DNA of 63,853 nt, filler included, from Stramenopiles sp. TOSAG23-3 (lineage: Eukaryota), in the NCBI GenBank assembly GCA_900128585.1. It is 3 parts of 3 records of this genome, joined end to end, with 100 filler letters (N's around TTAATTAATTAA, not from the genome) between each part and the next. Parts side by side here need not be neighbours in the genome. Positions count along the whole stretch, not along the records: positions 1 to 21,779 come from LT642350.1; 2 more parts are not named here. One strand, 5' to 3'. The translations under genes and the position numbers were made by a program. The notes beneath the pieces are model-generated. The model saw nothing but the letters and a program-made list of their open reading frames with translations. It had not been told where the DNA came from and searched no databases. Shown one piece after another: positions 1 through 10,251 of the stretch. The first letter of the stretch is position 1; the number at the start of each line of letters is the position of its first letter.

Positions 1-56
1 CTATACTCAATATACTACTCAAAAAAAGAAATAAAATAAACAACTTCCGTTCAATC

Positions 57-205
57 TCTTTCCTTTCTTCTTTCCTTCCTTTCCTTCCTTCTTTCCTTCC
101 TTTCCTTCCTTCCTTCTTTCCTTTCCTTTCCTTCCTTCTTTCCTTCTTTCCTTTCCTTTCCTTCTTTCCTTCCTTTCCTTTCCTTTCCTTTCCTTCCTTC
201 TTTCT
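57..205. repeat. Polypyrimidine (CCTT/CTTT) microsatellite
   Basis: Near-pure C/T tract of ttcc/tttcc units; produces the spurious KERK ORF 51..554. Confidence 0.9.
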
Positions 206-517
206 CTGTTGTTGGATTGGACGGAGAGCTGAGGTTGAGGTGTGGTTCAATGGTCAGGTGGTGGTAGGGTGTCTTTTTTTTCATATTATTATTATATATA
301 AAATATACTCCTCGTACTTTGGTAATTAAATTATAACTAAAGTTAAGGTTTCGTGGAGGTGGGGAAGAAATCGAAATACCCCCCAGGCAACAATAAACAC
401 ATAGACCACGCGTGTGCCCTGTTTTTATTTTATTCTTTTCTAGTTTCAAGACAGGTTTGACCGAAGGTTGTTGTATTTTCTTGTTCGCACATTTAGCAAC
501 CTGCGGATAGCTGTGCC

Positions 518-1411
518 ATGGCGTTCGTCCTTTTCGCAGGCCTAAAACGGGCACGGGCTCGGCCTGTTTGGAAAGCTACGTCGTTCTTTTCAACGGCAAA
601 GAGTACCGTGGACGAAGAGGAAGTACATAAATTTTCTGAGGCTGCAGGTGACTGGTGGGGGAATGGGGACGCGAAAAACACCAATGCCGTCGGACCTCTA
701 CACTTGATGAATCCGGTCCGCGTGAATTATATCCGTAGAAGAACGTCCGAGCACTTTGGTTTGGGCAGCGATTTGGGCCTATCCGCACGCCCCCTGGAGG
801 GGTTGAAAATATTGGACATTGGATGCGGGGGCGGGATTCTGTCAGAGTCTTTGGCAAGATTAGGGGGCCAAGTGACCGGGATAGACGCTTCGTTGCCCTC
901 GGTGGAAGCAGCACAGAGGCACTCTTCTCTAAACCAGGGCACAAGTGGAATACAATATTTGCATACCACGGTCGAAGACTTCGTTGCGCAGCAGGGGGCG
1001 GGGTCCAAGGACGACGGACTCTTCGACATTGTCTGTGCTCTCGAGATAATCGAGCACGTCGCAGAGCCGCAGCACTTTTTGCACGAGTGCTCAAAGCTTA
1101 TCCGCCCCGAAGGCTGCATGTTCGTTTCTACTTTGAACCGCACCTCGAGGTCCTACTTTTTAGCAATTCTGATGGCAGAGCAGGTTTTGAAAATGGTGCC
1201 GCCCAGGACCCATGACTGGGCCAAGTTTGTAAAGCCAGAGGAGCTGGAACATTGTATGGAGGCGATAAATGGATTACGCGGCGATGGTCAAAAGGACTTG
1301 GCGCTGAGAGACATCACTGGAATGCAATTTAACCCGATGACCAAGAAGTGGTACGAAAATAAGGACGACGTGGAAGTGAACTACATTGCGCAGTGTGCAT
1401 TTTTGAAGTGA
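518..1411 (+). CDS. COQ3: Ubiquinone biosynthesis O-methyltransferase (COQ3/UbiG), mitochondrial
   Basis: EVHKF..A.DWW, PLHLMNPVR, LDIGCGGGILSESLARLG, EIIEHV, STLNRT, THDWAKF motifs; Arg-rich N-terminal presequence. Confidence 0.95.
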   Translation: MAFVLFAGLKRARARPVWKATSFFSTAKSTVDEEEVHKFSEAAGDWWGNGDAKNTNAVGPLHLMNPVRVNYIRRRTSEHFGLGSDLGLSARPLEGLKILDIGCGGGILSESLARLGGQVTGIDASLPSVEAAQRHSSLNQGTSGIQYLHTTVEDFVAQQGAGSKDDGLFDIVCALEIIEHVAEPQHFLHECSKLIRPEGCMFVSTLNRTSRSYFLAILMAEQVLKMVPPRTHDWAKFVKPEELEHCMEAINGLRGDGQKDLALRDITGMQFNPMTKKWYENKDDVEVNYIAQCAFLK

Positions 1412-1419
1412 GATAAACT

Positions 1420-1519
1420 AGAAAATTGGCTGTTATTTTGAAGTAAATTAAAGACTTAATAAAAAACAAGAAAATTGGCTATTATTTTAGGTAATTAAAA
1501 TTAATGTACTGCGTACTGA
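1420..1519 (+). repeat. Two copies of dispersed motif ACAAGAAAATTGGCTGTTATTTTAAGTAATTAAAATTAATGTACTGCG
   Basis: Copies at about 1420-1452 and 1465-1519; the same motif recurs at 9801-10188 and 53030-53186. Confidence 0.8.
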
Positions 1520-1799
1520 AATCTAGATTTAGACATTCTAGGTTTGCATTCCTTCATGAACTGCGAACTTGTCTTTGCTCTTGTGGTTTTACTAATCGAT
1601 ATACCCTTGTCACTTAGTCCTGGCTATCAATCTCAGATGGACTCCATGCACGATCCGAATCGGTAACTGGATTAGCAAATGCTGTCAAATGAAATATATT
1701 TTATAAAGATAATGTGTTTTAATAATAGAGAACTTCATTGTGTTTTTTACAGCTTGTGCTGAATACCACCCGTGAGATTTTGTCCGTTGGCCTCCGTAC

Positions 1800-2759
1800 T
1801 CATTTTGGCCAAAAGTAAATCTCGTAATTTTTGCATTCCAAACGCCCATTCACATTCGGGTCTTCTTCAACAATCTTTATATTCACGCCGCTTCCCTCTC
1901 TCGTTTGCCGCAATTTGTCAACGAACCTGTGAGTACCCAGCTGAGAGTGGGCTTCTGCAAACTTCCCATAGCCAAAGCACTCCCCGTTGTCGATAAAAAA
2001 ACCGTACTTGCACTTCGAAATGTAGTGCCGAAAGTACAATTCGCGAAATTCCAATGTCAGCTCCGAAAATGCGTTCGTCGAGACGCACAAATCGTACTGT
2101 TCGCCCGATGGCGGGTCTTCAATCGATTTCCCATCGACGAACTTAAACACAGGTGAGAGCAGCGGGAACTCGGACACAAACTTCTTCTGGACCTTCACCG
2201 CTTCTGGGATGTCCACTATGGTGTAGGATGTGAACTCAAAAAAGTCTGTTGCAACGATCCCGAACCCTCCGAAGCCGCCGCCGATTTCAACCACACTTTC
2301 TATCTCTCTATTTTTGGCCTTGGCGACGTCCATGAGGTAGCTCGACACTTTACCGGCGTACATGCCATATCGCAGTGCGACCGTGCTTATGCTAAACGGT
2401 TCCGCCGCATCCACAGAGATTTTGTGCAAGTAAGGGTTCCCTACCCTATCGATCTGCGCCATCTTTTGAAAGACCCCCGGGTTCTTGATTACCCATGAGT
2501 GGTTCTTCAACATATATCGGATGGTCTTCTCTGCAATCGACAAATCGGTCGGCTCAACAATTTCAATGTACCCTGGAATTCTACGGAAGCTTTCAAACAA
2601 ATGCTCGTGGTCATGTATAGCTTTGCACGTTTCAACGTAGTTATATCGAGTGGGGTCGTCCGAAACAGAAGACACAACCGTCGACTCATTGCCTTTGGAA
2701 ATTACAATCAAGCTTGCTATTAAAGCAGGAACCAATACCGCAAATCCAAACCAACGCAT
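1800..2759 (-). CDS. Membrane-anchored SAM-dependent methyltransferase (putative sugar O-methyltransferase type)
   Basis: First ATG at 2759 (MRWFGF); N-terminal hydrophobic anchor; VGNP..LRY, SVVEIGGGFGG, YTIVDIPE, DLCVSTNAFSEL motifs. Confidence 0.75.
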   Translation of the reverse strand: MRWFGFAVLVPALIASLIVISKGNESTVVSSVSDDPTRYNYVETCKAIHDHEHLFESFRRIPGYIEIVEPTDLSIAEKTIRYMLKNHSWVIKNPGVFQKMAQIDRVGNPYLHKISVDAAEPFSISTVALRYGMYAGKVSSYLMDVAKAKNREIESVVEIGGGFGGFGIVATDFFEFTSYTIVDIPEAVKVQKKFVSEFPLLSPVFKFVDGKSIEDPPSGEQYDLCVSTNAFSELTLEFRELYFRHYISKCKYGFFIDNGECFGYGKFAEAHSQLGTHRFVDKLRQTREGSGVNIKIVEEDPNVNGRLECKNYEIYFWPK

Positions 2760-3553
2760 CGCTGTAACGTGCACCCAGGGTATCTTTTGAGTTGTAATAA
2801 GAAGAGGAGATTCTAGATTTTAACAGAAGAATTAGAACATCGGAAGGTTTCAATCTGTACCTTGAAGAACGTGAAAAACACCAAATACTATGGACTTACT
2901 TTGAATGACACAAACAACCTCTGTGCCGACGTGTACAAAGACTCTCCTCTCTTTATACTTTATACACGTACGAGTATAAATATCAATTCAAAAGCTGTAG
3001 TTGTTAGTTGTTGTTCGACAGAGTTTGTTTCGCTGAGGAGGAGAAGGCACAGATGAGATTGTTGAGAGTTATGTGAGAGATGAACACATCAATATTTATC
3101 ATCTGTTTTATATTTTTATTAGTTTTTAATTACTCTTACCAAACAATAAGAAAAAAATTCTTCGGTTTCGTATTTTTTCTACCGCGCCAATAATGTACTA
3201 CTGGTAGTACCGTAGTAGTAGGTAGATGAGAGACAAAATAAAAATAATAAAATATAGTCGTTTTTTTTTTACATTCACACACCACCACATCTTTCTCATC
3301 TCACAAACTAAACCAACGAAAAATAATTATTATAGTCTATTAGCTATAGCGACCCGATTATGCACTGATGAATTCGTTTGTTTTACATTTGAAATGTGAA
3401 ATTATATATAGCAATTCATGAGATTTGTTTCTTTTTCATTCTCTACAAACGCGAACAAAAGAATCACCACAATTGTTTGTTTCTTTTTACTACGTTTCAC
3501 ACGTATATATACGTATATATATAAGCGCCCACACCACTTTTTACAATATCATC

Positions 3554-3916
3554 ATGCCCCGGGAACCCCGTTCAATTGCGAAGAGGCGCTTCAAGCATTG
3601 GCAGAAAACGCGCAAGGCCATGGTGGAGAAGATTGGTCAAGAGGCAATGAACGACGTAGAAAAATTAAAGGAAAAGATTGGTGGGATATTTCAGGAATTC
3701 GATAAGGACGGAAGTCGTGGAATTGACGAGATCGAACTTAGGCAAGGCATGAAAGAGCTAGGAATAACACTTAACGACGACGAGGTGAAAACTATGTTGA
3801 AGGATGCAGACGCAGACAACGACGGATTCATCCAACTGGAAGAGTTCGAATCCGTCGTCCAAGAACAAGTCACTATGTTCAAAAAATCCAAAAGCAAGAT
3901 GTGTTCCATTCTTTGA
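3554..3916 (+). CDS. Small two-EF-hand Ca2+-binding protein with polybasic tail and CaaX (CSIL)
   Basis: ATG at 3554 (MPREPRS); EF loops DKDGSRGIDEIE and DADNDGFIQLEE; ends KKSKSKMCSIL. Confidence 0.85.
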   Translation: MPREPRSIAKRRFKHWQKTRKAMVEKIGQEAMNDVEKLKEKIGGIFQEFDKDGSRGIDEIELRQGMKELGITLNDDEVKTMLKDADADNDGFIQLEEFESVVQEQVTMFKKSKSKMCSIL

Positions 3917-4501
3917 CGGTTGTCGCTTGCTGTTCATAGAAAGATGCAAAGCGAATGCGGTGGGATCCTTTCCCATCCCCTCTAAAACTGTACTACAGCT
4001 CGGCGGGCAGTAGCCTGATTTTGGTAAATAATATTTTAATGTCGTAAACCTTTCCTCTCTGAATCACTCCATACCCCGCACTCCGAGCAAAAAATGAAGT
4101 GCTTATTCTGGTAAAGAGTAAAATTTAAAGCATACTAATATATAATTTTTTGTTTTTTTTTAAATAAAGAAGATTAACCTGCATTTCACGCAAAAATGCA
4201 AAGTAAACAGTGTTTATAAATTTTAAAATCTTGTGCGTAAACCAGACAAAAAAAAACAAAATGTAAGATTCTTAATGAAAATAAAAAAGCTGTGTGCGTT
4301 AAGATACTTTGGGAACGGTTTAACTCTAAATTTGTGCCATGTTCCGCGCTTTGACAATTCATGTAATTTTAGACACTCTCCTAAAATAGCAGAATTAGCA
4401 GGCAGCCCACGCGCCTCGCCTGGGTCCCTTTTCTTCATCGGTGGGTGGGCAAGGCGCACCCCGGTCTTCCCCCGTTGGGATCGCTTCTGACCCTTCACCC
4501 C

Positions 4502-5104
4502 TTAGTCACTCTTTTCCTTTCCGAACACGGTGTCTTGCATCCACTCCCATGCCGAATCGCACGCGTTCACTGCCGTTTGAAGGGAAAACAGTGCAAAGAT
4601 TACGGTCAAGATTTTTCCGCTGTTGGTGCTTGGAACAATGTCCCCGTACCCGACTGTTGTGCCGGTGACAAACGTCCAGTAGAGAATGTCCATGAAATTT
4701 CCCGGTTTTGGGAGTCCAGGGTCCTTCGTGTACGCGCAGATGCCTACTCCGATGGCAGCGTTTAGAAGAAATAGCGCAAGGGCATATGCAAACTTCCCTG
4801 AACTCTCTTGCATGGTGTCACTGACCACATTCTTCTGGTACTTGGCCCGCACGTCGCGCAAGAAAGGCAGCAGGACGTTGCCAAAGAAACCAATGGCGAA
4901 GAAGGACAGGACCATCATAACGATTTTCCCATTTTTCGTGGTCGGGTAGCCATTATCGTCTCCGTAGCCGACAGTTGTAAACGTCATCCCTGCCATGTAA
5001 AAGGCATCCGTCGCAGAGACGCCCTCGGTTTGCTGGAACGCGTAGGTCCCTGCGCCGAGCATCGCGGCGGCGGTCGTGTAGACTTGTTGTGGGGTGAGCG
5101 GCAT
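4502..5104 (-). CDS. Minimal tandem-pore (4TM/2P) potassium channel, 200 aa
   Basis: Two selectivity filters (TTVGYGD twice), each with a pore helix and flanking hydrophobic segments. Confidence 0.9.
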   Translation of the reverse strand: MPLTPQQVYTTAAAMLGAGTYAFQQTEGVSATDAFYMAGMTFTTVGYGDDNGYPTTKNGKIVMMVLSFFAIGFFGNVLLPFLRDVRAKYQKNVVSDTMQESSGKFAYALALFLLNAAIGVGICAYTKDPGLPKPGNFMDILYWTFVTGTTVGYGDIVPSTNSGKILTVIFALFSLQTAVNACDSAWEWMQDTVFGKEKSD

Positions 5105-6057
5105 GGTGGTGGTGCAAATGAGTCTGTGTACGTATTTATATTTTCGTTCGTTCTGTGTGTGTTGCAGGTTAAAGACTTGGGTGAATATTCATAAAACGTC
5201 TTACTGTTCAAACATCCCTTTCTTTTCATGTTTAAAATTCCAAGAACCATTCAGAGATTGGTCATATATGTACTATATATAAAGAAAGAAAAGAAAGAAG
5301 GAAAGCAAAGAAGGAAGGAAGGAAGGTGTGTGATAAAAACATCATCATCATGGTGGTGGAATATTTATTATTATTATTATTATATAAATAAGTACCGTAA
5401 CAGTATAATAGTATTGAATAAATAAAATAAACAAAAGATGCAGATAGACTTCGTAGAATAGTGTTTGAGTTGAAGTTACAGTTATTAAATTAGTCCAACA
5501 ATTTGTACTTCTTCTTGCTTTTGGCGCGAATATTATTAATAGTCCTCCTAATATAATAATAAATATATTTATTATTATTATGTGTTTTGATAATACAATA
5601 ATAATAATAAAAAATATTACAAAATAATAATTTAATTTCTTCGTGGGTTTCCGTATATAGTAAAAAAATGTAAAAGTGCAGACATGTTTGGTTGAAAGAT
5701 GAAATACGAAGTTATGATTATAAATTTAAAAAAAAAAACCACCCGAATTCAGTTTATCTATATTAGTAAATGTTGCCATTTGATGTTGAGTATATAAAAT
5801 AAAACAAAATGCATAAAAAAATACGTTTTTCATTAAGATAGACCGATATTTAAGTGAGCGTCTTAACGCATACTATGATATCATATATAAAAAACCAAAA
5901 TATATAGTATGTATCATATATATAATATGGTTTTCTAAAGATAGAAAAAATGAAAATGATCTACATACACAGGAACAGAGAGATTATTGTACTTTGAAAC
6001 AATCAGAAAACCAAAAATCGAATTGTGGGTTCTCTGACCATTCGACGACGCCGAAAT

Positions 6058-7047
6058 TTAAAACAAGCTCTTCCCTACGCTTCCACTTGTTTTCAGGTAC
6101 GATGTACCCGTCGGGTTGGACTTCAACGGGGATTTGTGGAACTTGCTTCGGCTCGTCACAGGCTTCGGTCGATTGCTTTTCCCTTTTTTCTTCAGGTAAC
6201 TATGCTGCAAAAGGCGTTGGGCTTTCAAGGGGGATCGACCGGACAGAGGAACCTGGCGCAGCTGCTTTGCATTCTCCGTGCTGGTTTTTTGGGACGCGGA
6301 GAAGAGCATCGTTTTCGGCTTTTTGGAGCTGGCCCGGGCCATGCCGTCCTCCGACAAACTTCTCTTTCTCGCCCGGTGTGCCAGTTTCTTCTTCGTCTGC
6401 ATCTCCACTTCGACATCACTGGCCGGCAACGGAAGGTTCATGGGGCCCTTGTTAACCGGGCTGGGCTCCCTCGGGGTGCAGAAATCCTTCGGGTCCAGGG
6501 GCGCCCGCGTGTGCTGGCCATTTGGCAACGGGGCAGGGGTCGCCGCCGTGACCTGCGGTTGGCCGCTCGGGACGGCCTTCGCGTCGCCGCTGCTGCTGCC
6601 AGCGCTACTCCTCACGTCAATCTCCAAAGCACCGTCCTCTGCACCCTCGGATTCTTCTCCTACGCTGCCATGCAATATCGTCGCCGTGAGTTGGGGGGGC
6701 GCGACAGGGTTCGCTTGCGCTGCCGCCGCCGCTCTCCGGCGGGCTCTCATTTTGTCGAACAGTTCGCGGGTGGCGGCCTTGACCTGCGGGGACTTGGTCG
6801 CCTGCAGTTCCCTCTCGAAGGCTTGTATCATATCGAGGTTCCCGTCTTCCTTTAATTTTTCCGCAGGTTCCCATGTGGCCTCAGACCTAGGGTAACCATC
6901 CCAATGCACTAGATATTCTACCACCCCAGTGATGGACACTACACGTTTTTTCAGCAAACAGCTAATCTCGTACAACTCTTCCGAGTCGCCCCCACTGCTG
7001 CTGCCGCTGCCGTCGCTACTGCTACTACTACTCTCGTTCGTTGGCAT
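6058..7047 (-). CDS. Chromodomain protein with long basic disordered tail
   Basis: YEISCLLKKR...EYLVHWDGYPRSEATWEPAEKL is a chromodomain signature; Ser-rich N-terminus. Confidence 0.85.
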   Translation of the reverse strand: MPTNESSSSSSDGSGSSSGGDSEELYEISCLLKKRVVSITGVVEYLVHWDGYPRSEATWEPAEKLKEDGNLDMIQAFERELQATKSPQVKAATRELFDKMRARRRAAAAAQANPVAPPQLTATILHGSVGEESEGAEDGALEIDVRSSAGSSSGDAKAVPSGQPQVTAATPAPLPNGQHTRAPLDPKDFCTPREPSPVNKGPMNLPLPASDVEVEMQTKKKLAHRARKRSLSEDGMARASSKKPKTMLFSASQKTSTENAKQLRQVPLSGRSPLKAQRLLQHSYLKKKGKSNRPKPVTSRSKFHKSPLKSNPTGTSYLKTSGSVGKSLF

Positions 7048-7802
7048 GGTCTTACGCGGAAAGTGTCCTCTACGTATTATTACAATACGTAATTCTCTTC
7101 TTTGTGCAGGGTCGGAGAAAGAAATATTATAATAACACCACGAAGGAATCCTATCTAATACAATGGCATTTTGTCCGTTTCCGTTGTTGTATATTATAAT
7201 TATAGCTTTTCTTTTTTTGTTTCAGGCTGATTGACTTTTTTAATTTATACCACCGAGTAGACTAAGTAGTATAAAAAAACACCAAAACTCACTCTCTGTG
7301 TATTAATATTAGTCCTATGTAAAATAAAAAATATTAAATAATAATTATTTTTTGAAAAAAAGAAGAAGAAGAAAGAAAGAGGGAAAAAAAAAGAAGAATC
7401 TTTATTTAAAATATATAGGAACAGAGCATAATATAATAACAAATCATGGCAGACTTTTATTATTTAATTTATAATAAATAATTATAACTAGACTAGTCCT
7501 AGTAATAATAAAATAGGAGCTGACAATATGAATAATAATATAAAATTTATTCTTCTATTTTCAATTATGGATATGCTGTGTTGCTGCTTTATTTTAATTC
7601 AACATCTTCTTTTTTATTTTTTCTATTTTATTATTTATTATTTATTAGACTAATTAAATCGTTGTCCAATACATTACGTATACCGCAATGGTATACCTTT
7701 GTATTCAACAAGAAGTCTCCTCAGACTATTCGTCTTCTTCTTATTTTTTTGTAGTGTACACTATATAGCTGTAATACGAGGTATCTATTTAAAAAGACAG
7801 CG

Positions 7803-8071
7803 AGAAGAAAGAAGAGAGAGAAGAAGAAGAAGAATAAGAATAAGAAGAAGAAGAACAAGAAGAAGAAGAAAGAAGAAGAAAAAAAAAGAAGAAAAAGAAG
7901 AAGAAGAAGAAGAAGAAGAAAGAAAAGAAGACGAAAGAAAAGAAGAAGAAAGAAAGAAAAGAAGAAGAAAGAAAGAAAAGAAGAAAGAAAGAAAAGAAGA
8001 AGAAAGAAAGAAAAGAAGAAAGAAAGAAAAGAAGAAAGAAAGAAAAGAAGAAAGAAAAAAAAGAAGAAGAA
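7803..8071. repeat. Polypurine (GAA/AAAG) microsatellite
   Basis: About 270 bp of nearly pure A/G in the divergent chromodomain/COPS4 spacer. Confidence 0.9.
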
Positions 8072-8454
8072 TGAATATAGATTTTTTAAGTCTTAAAACA
8101 AGGGTATTACATGTATATAATATAATATATTATTATAAAAAAAAAAAATAGAATAATAATAATATATTATTAATAAAAATATAATAAAATAATAAAATTA
8201 TTATTTATTATTATTATTTTATTATTGAGATTTTTTAAAGATGAATATATTTTCTTCTTCTCTTTTTTGAAATGAAGTAAGGTAGGTATTGGAAATGAAG
8301 AAATTGACGAACGAACGAACGTTCTTGTTTTTTATTGAAGAGCGCAAGAAAAAAAAAGACCCGGAACTGGACGACAACGAGTTCGCCGTTCTTCTCTGCT
8401 GCCCAAAGCCTCGTTGCACCGCACGCACGCACTCGCTGATTTGTACCTAGGAAT

Positions 8455-9672
8455 ATGGACTTGCAGAAAGAAATAGCTGCGATCCAAGAGAAGGCGGGCA
8501 ATGCCGAGTCTTTGAAGGCTTACACTGATCTTGTGGACATTCTGGTAGGAAAAGGTTTGGCGGACCACCTCCAGCATTTGTTGGATCACCTGATTGACGA
8601 GAACTGCGTCCAACCCATTGTATCCAGGCCAGCAATGGAGCACCTGGCACGGGAAATAAAATCCCTAAAGGACGACCCGCTTCGCACCCTGTGTCAGTAC
8701 GCCATCTCGAAACTGGAACCGCGGGTTCTGTCATTTGAGGAAGCCGACAAAAGCATTAAGAAACACCTTGCAGACATCCTCATCAACGAGGAGGACTATT
8801 CCCAGGCCGCCCTGACCCTCTCGTCGATCGGCCTGGACCAGCACGTGTCCGACAAAGAAAAGGCGCAGACGTATTTACGAATCGCGGAGCTGTACTTGGC
8901 AGACGACGACACCGTCACCGCAGAGACCTTTATCAAGAAAACCACGCCGTACTTGAATGCCGTATCTGACGATTTGCAAGCGCGCATGCGCTACCAAGTG
9001 TCATACGGGAGAATTTTAGACGCCAAGCGGAACTTTTTGGAGGCTTCCAGGCGGTTTTACAACATCTCCCTGGAGGTGGGCAAGAAAATTGAGGAAAGCG
9101 ATTTGATGGAGCTGCTGAACAAGGCAATTGTATGCACGATTTTAGCGAAGGCGGGACCGCAGCGCAGCCGCATGCTTGGGGCGCTGTTCAAAGACGCCAG
9201 GACGAGGCGTTCAACCCACACCCGGGTCTTGGAGAGCATGTACAAACAGCGACTTTTAAAGAAAGCGGATTGCCAGACGTTTGACGACAGCCTGATGGCC
9301 CACCAGAAGGCCACTTTGGCCGATGGTTCCACGGTCCTCGAAAAGGCCGTGACGGAGCACAACATGTTGGCGTGTGCAAAATTGTACCACAACATTTCCT
9401 TTCAGGAGTTGGGTTCGTTATTGGAAATAAGTCCAGAGAGGGCAGAGCACATAGCCGCCACAATGATTAGTGAGGAGCGGCTGCGTGGCTCCATCGACCA
9501 GATCGATGGGCTCCTTTCCTTCATTGACGACAACGATAGTGGACGCGTGAACCTCAGGATGCATGCCTGGGACAGTGCAATTTCTTCTGTTTGCACGATG
9601 TTGAACAACTGCGTGGAGCAGGTCGTGAAAACTTACCCTAGTTTAAAAAGCACACGGTCGCGCCTAGACTGA
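8455..9672 (+). CDS. COPS4: COP9 signalosome subunit 4
   Basis: PRVLSFEE, ILAKAGPQRSRML, LMAHQKA..ADGSTVLEKAVTEHN and C-terminal PCI domain. Confidence 0.95.
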   Translation: MDLQKEIAAIQEKAGNAESLKAYTDLVDILVGKGLADHLQHLLDHLIDENCVQPIVSRPAMEHLAREIKSLKDDPLRTLCQYAISKLEPRVLSFEEADKSIKKHLADILINEEDYSQAALTLSSIGLDQHVSDKEKAQTYLRIAELYLADDDTVTAETFIKKTTPYLNAVSDDLQARMRYQVSYGRILDAKRNFLEASRRFYNISLEVGKKIEESDLMELLNKAIVCTILAKAGPQRSRMLGALFKDARTRRSTHTRVLESMYKQRLLKKADCQTFDDSLMAHQKATLADGSTVLEKAVTEHNMLACAKLYHNISFQELGSLLEISPERAEHIAATMISEERLRGSIDQIDGLLSFIDDNDSGRVNLRMHAWDSAISSVCTMLNNCVEQVVKTYPSLKSTRSRLD

Positions 9673-9800
9673 GGAGATACGGGACACCCTAGTATTAATT
9701 ACGAGTTTGCTTTAAAGAATAAAAATGGTTGTTAACATATCATATGTTATGTATTTTAGGTATCAATATATGATATTTTTATGATATATGTATGTAAAAA

Positions 9801-10188
9801 AACAAATTGGCTGTTATTTTAAGTAATTAAAATTAAGCTAATGTACTGCGGACTGATTTCTATTGTTGTTGTGATTTTATTATCATTTAAAAAATAGACT
9901 CTCTCTCTCTACAACAAAAAATTGGCTGTTTAGAGTTCACTTCGCAGTACATCCATTTTAATTACTTAAATATCATAACTTAAAACATACTATATATTTT
10001 GGTTTTCATAACAGCCAATTTTCTTGTTACCGAGTGTCATATCCAATATAGAGTAGGAACAGTGCAAGACTGCAACCACATCAGGCGCGTTTTTTTTCTA
10101 CACTAGGGTTTGTATTATACGTACAAAAATTATATACTTAATACCAAATTATCATTTTAAAACAAAAAATTGGCTGTTATTTAGAGTA
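9801..10188. repeat. Cluster of the dispersed AAAATTGGCTGTTATTT motif in both orientations
   Basis: Forward copies at 9801-9856, 9913-9931 and 10161-10188; split reverse copy at 9943-9972 and 10008-10028. Confidence 0.8.
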
Positions 10189-10251
10189 TTTAGACTGACA
10201 TTTTAAGCTGTTTTTTTTTATTCTGGTTTTAAATTAATTGTGGTGCATGTC

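Noticed and set aside
51..554. Lys/Glu/Arg- or Phe/Ser-rich ORFs (also 7699..8151, 11667..11864, 31016..31354, 41581..41936)
   Set aside because: Translations of microsatellite tracts in AT-rich spacers.
9801..10188. Repeat cluster as a CRISPR array
   Set aside because: Irregular spacing, mixed orientation, degenerate copies, eukaryotic context and no cas genes.
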